Of a stretch of 6,049 bases of DNA, positions 4,296-6,049 are shown piece after piece. Each line of letters starts with the position of its first letter. Within the stretch, counting starts at the first letter, position 1. This DNA is from a virus, in the IMG/VR virus record IMGVR_UViG_3300045988_013202, positions 1-6,049 of that record. One strand, written 5' to 3'. The notes below the pieces were generated by a model, which was not told the origin of the DNA, did no database searches, and saw nothing but the letters and a program-made list of their open reading frames with translations. The position numbers were made by a program, and so were the translations under genes.

Positions 4296-5333
4296 CTATG
4301 TATAATATTGGTTATAATATAGATTGGCGAATATATCAATGTCTTTATTAAACTGATCTTGTTTTCTTTCCTCTTTTTTTCTTTCCTTCTCGGCGACCAT
4401 AGTCGCTTTAGATTCTGTCCACTGACGTTGTTTTTTGAGCCTGTTAAGGTATTTTCTATCTTCCCAGTCTTTGGGATTGTCGTGATACAGTCTTTCACAG
4501 CGTTCTCGTTCGCTTACGAGTACACCCATATATCGTGATTCTTCGGTCTTTAGGTCTATTTTAATGCCTAATACGTATACAATTCCTTTTTCAATTTTGT
4601 CTAGGAATAGTTTTTCACGCTCTTCTTCTGTAAATATTTTGTTTCTGTAATAAATTGGTAGATTGAGTTTTCCACCGTTTCTCATCCGGTATGATTCGTT
4701 TGTTTCGCCTTGTTTGTATATGTGCTTCTTGGCGTCCTCTCGCTTGAGGTATCCTGCCCCTATTCCTGCCGAGCATAATACTTTCCCTCTGAATTTTGGA
4801 TGTTTCTCGTCAATTTTTAACATGTATTTTGTAATGTAGTTTATAGTTTTTTCATTCACAAAATATCCGGTGAATGTGATTCCGTATTTCCAATTGTCCG
4901 TTACTTTCTTTCCATTTCCCAAGCCCCATACTATCCCATGCAGATGTAATCTTTCTGTTTTCTCGTGTCCTAGTTCTGTAATGAACCAGTGCTTTATGGA
5001 TTTTCCGGTTAACTTTCGTACTCTTTCTAAACATAGTCTTATAGCTTTTGTTGCAATATCGTTATTGTCTTTTAACTTGTATTTTTGTTTTAGTTGCTTG
5101 TATGATTTATCATCGATTGTTAGTGTCAGGAAATAGGCATTCGGTGTTTGTCTGTTTTCTTCTGACATTCTTACCACCCATTGTCTTTGCTTTTGTTTCC
5201 TGCATTCATAACAGTCTCCACAGGCTGCCGTTACATAACGTAACCTTTCATCAGGACAAACAGGCGGTATCCCACCATTTTTCTTAGTTGGTAGGTACCG
5301 CTTATTTGGTATGAGTTTCGGATATAGACACAT
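4296..5333 (-). CDS. VP4: Rolling-circle replication initiator VP4 (HUH endonuclease, phiX174 A-like)
   Basis: 345 aa. Motif I is FLTLT (5118-5132). Motif II is HLH within RLHLHGIVW (4938-4946, verified as CAT CTG CAT). Motif III is YITKYMLK with two Tyr spaced as in phiX174 A (4815-4838, verified as TAC ATT ACA AAA TAC ATG TTA AAA). There is an N-terminal Cys cluster (C..C...CGDCYEC). The ATG lies 1 nt after the VP2 stop. Confidence 0.93.
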   Translation of the reverse strand: MCLYPKLIPNKRYLPTKKNGGIPPVCPDERLRYVTAACGDCYECRKQKQRQWVVRMSEENRQTPNAYFLTLTIDDKSYKQLKQKYKLKDNNDIATKAIRLCLERVRKLTGKSIKHWFITELGHEKTERLHLHGIVWGLGNGKKVTDNWKYGITFTGYFVNEKTINYITKYMLKIDEKHPKFRGKVLCSAGIGAGYLKREDAKKHIYKQGETNESYRMRNGGKLNLPIYYRNKIFTEEEREKLFLDKIEKGIVYVLGIKIDLKTEESRYMGVLVSERERCERLYHDNPKDWEDRKYLNRLKKQRQWTESKATMVAEKERKKEERKQDQFNKDIDIFANLYYNQYYT

Positions 5334-5334
5334 A

Positions 5335-6049
5335 TTATTGAAGTCCTGTTTTTCCTACTTTTGCTCCTAGTGCCATTCCTGCACTTTTCGATGCTATTTC
5401 TAGCATTCCTAGTATAATGTCTTTGACGAGTTTTTGCTCTTCAATGTCCAGACCTTTTTTGCCTAAGTCGTATCTATTGAATACATCTTGTACATAGGCT
5501 TCCATTTGTTCTTTTTGGATGATTAATGCCTTTCCTTTTTTGGTAAGCTCTTCCCATCCTTGTAGAATTTGCGCTGGAATTGCTTTTGCTTGCTCTTCAT
5601 TGACTTTTCTCTGGCTTCCTTTGAGTAATATTTCACTCATCAGATTTTGAAGCGTTAACGAGCTTTCTTTTACTTTATTGTCGATTGTTCGTTCTTTTAA
5701 CTCGTTGTCGAGTTTCATCCCGTTGATTTCTTCAGCTAGTTTATCAATTCCCTTTTGTAGGCTCTTGATGTTCCAGCGTGTTTCATCGGCTTTGTCTTTT
5801 GTCCAATCGGCCATGTTTCGTTTGAGTTCCTCTTCTGCATCTGCTACTCTGATTTGTCCTAAGATGAGTCCTTTCTTCACTTTTTCGTTTGAAGTTTGCG
5901 CTATCAGGTTATCAATGGTAGCTTCTTGTGCTCTGGTGTCTACACCGCTTATTTTTTTTGCTTCGGCTTCATTCTTATCTGCTTGGCTTTCGTTAAGTCT
6001 TGTTTGACTCATTACATTTGCCAATTGTAGAGCCATTCCTTGCGCTTGG
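5335..6049 (-). CDS. VP2: VP2 pilot protein, 3' part (the full gene is 422..1 joined to 5950..5335, 345 aa)
   Basis: The frame stays open upstream of the track start M at 6036 (codons ...LQAQG-M), so that M is internal. The region is long, charged and coiled-coil-like (EAEAKK...LKERTIDNKVKE...), as in H/VP2 tube proteins. Its TAA stop at 5337-5335 lies 1 nt from the Rep ATG. Confidence 0.85.
   Translation of the reverse strand, partial: QAQGMALQLANVMSQTRLNESQADKNEAEAKKISGVDTRAQEATIDNLIAQTSNEKVKKGLILGQIRVADAEEELKRNMADWTKDKADETRWNIKSLQKGIDKLAEEINGMKLDNELKERTIDNKVKESSLTLQNLMSEILLKGSQRKVNEEQAKAIPAQILQGWEELTKKGKALIIQKEQMEAYVQDVFNRYDLGKKGLDIEEQKLVKDIILGMLEIASKSAGMALGAKVGKTGLQ
5951..6049. repeat. 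Terminal direct repeat, copy 2 (assembly overlap; unit genome length 5950 nt)
   Basis: Identical to 1-99. The offset of 5950 nt fits the typical microvirus genome size. Confidence 0.95.

Noticed and set aside
4286-4320. XerC/D dif-like site (contains TGTATA, identical to the E. coli dif central hexamer, with GCGCA nearby)
   Set aside because: With the central hexamers aligned, the flanking arms match the E. coli dif arms at only about 4-5 of 11 positions each, in either orientation. That is no better than expected for AT-rich sequence. The host's own dif would be needed for a fair test.
4259-4498. 79-aa minus-strand ORF overlapping the Rep 3' end and the GC island
   Set aside because: It has a GTG start, lies in an alternative frame to a well-supported Rep gene, and is low-complexity (KEKKRKENK mirrors Rep's KERKKEERK run). 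It is probably a frame artefact.
4852-6007. ORFs 4852-5034 (-), 4870-5136 (+), 5048-5287 (+) and 5678-6007 (+) inside Rep and VP2
   Set aside because: They are alternative-frame or antisense ORFs within strongly supported genes. Their composition is low-complexity (S/F/L/C-rich) and they have no start context.
1-6049. Search for tRNA, CRISPR repeats, integrase/transposase, toxin-antitoxin or defence-system genes
   Set aside because: I found no cloverleaf-compatible segment with a T-loop consensus, no regularly spaced repeats, and no ORF large enough or with recognisable motifs beyond the microvirus core genes.

Overview
The window is one complete circular ssDNA microvirus genome (family Microviridae), linearised with a 99-bp assembly overlap. 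Positions 1-99 are identical to 5951-6049, so the unit length is 5950 nt. All credible genes lie on the minus strand, so the window is the reverse complement of the coding, virion-sense strand. Gene order on that strand is: major capsid VP1 (916-2850); a small VP3-like protein (585-902); a 162-nt AT-rich intergenic region with several hairpins; pilot protein VP2 (starts at 422 and wraps the junction to 5335); HUH replication initiator VP4 (4296-5333); a roughly 260-nt GC-rich non-coding island (4034-4295); then five tightly packed small ORFan genes (2854-3916) leading back to VP1. No tRNA, rRNA, CRISPR array, transposase or integrase is visible. The most unusual feature is the GC-rich island. 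It has about 58% G+C in an AT-rich genome, no credible ORF, many local and long-range helices, mutually exclusive pairings, and a G-quadruplex motif on the packaged strand. I could not match it to any RNA or DNA element I know. It could be the complementary-strand origin of the ssDNA or an undescribed structured RNA. Other leads are a candidate single-gene lysis or membrane protein, a 48-aa highly basic protein with the best ribosome-binding site in the genome, and an insertion domain in VP1.
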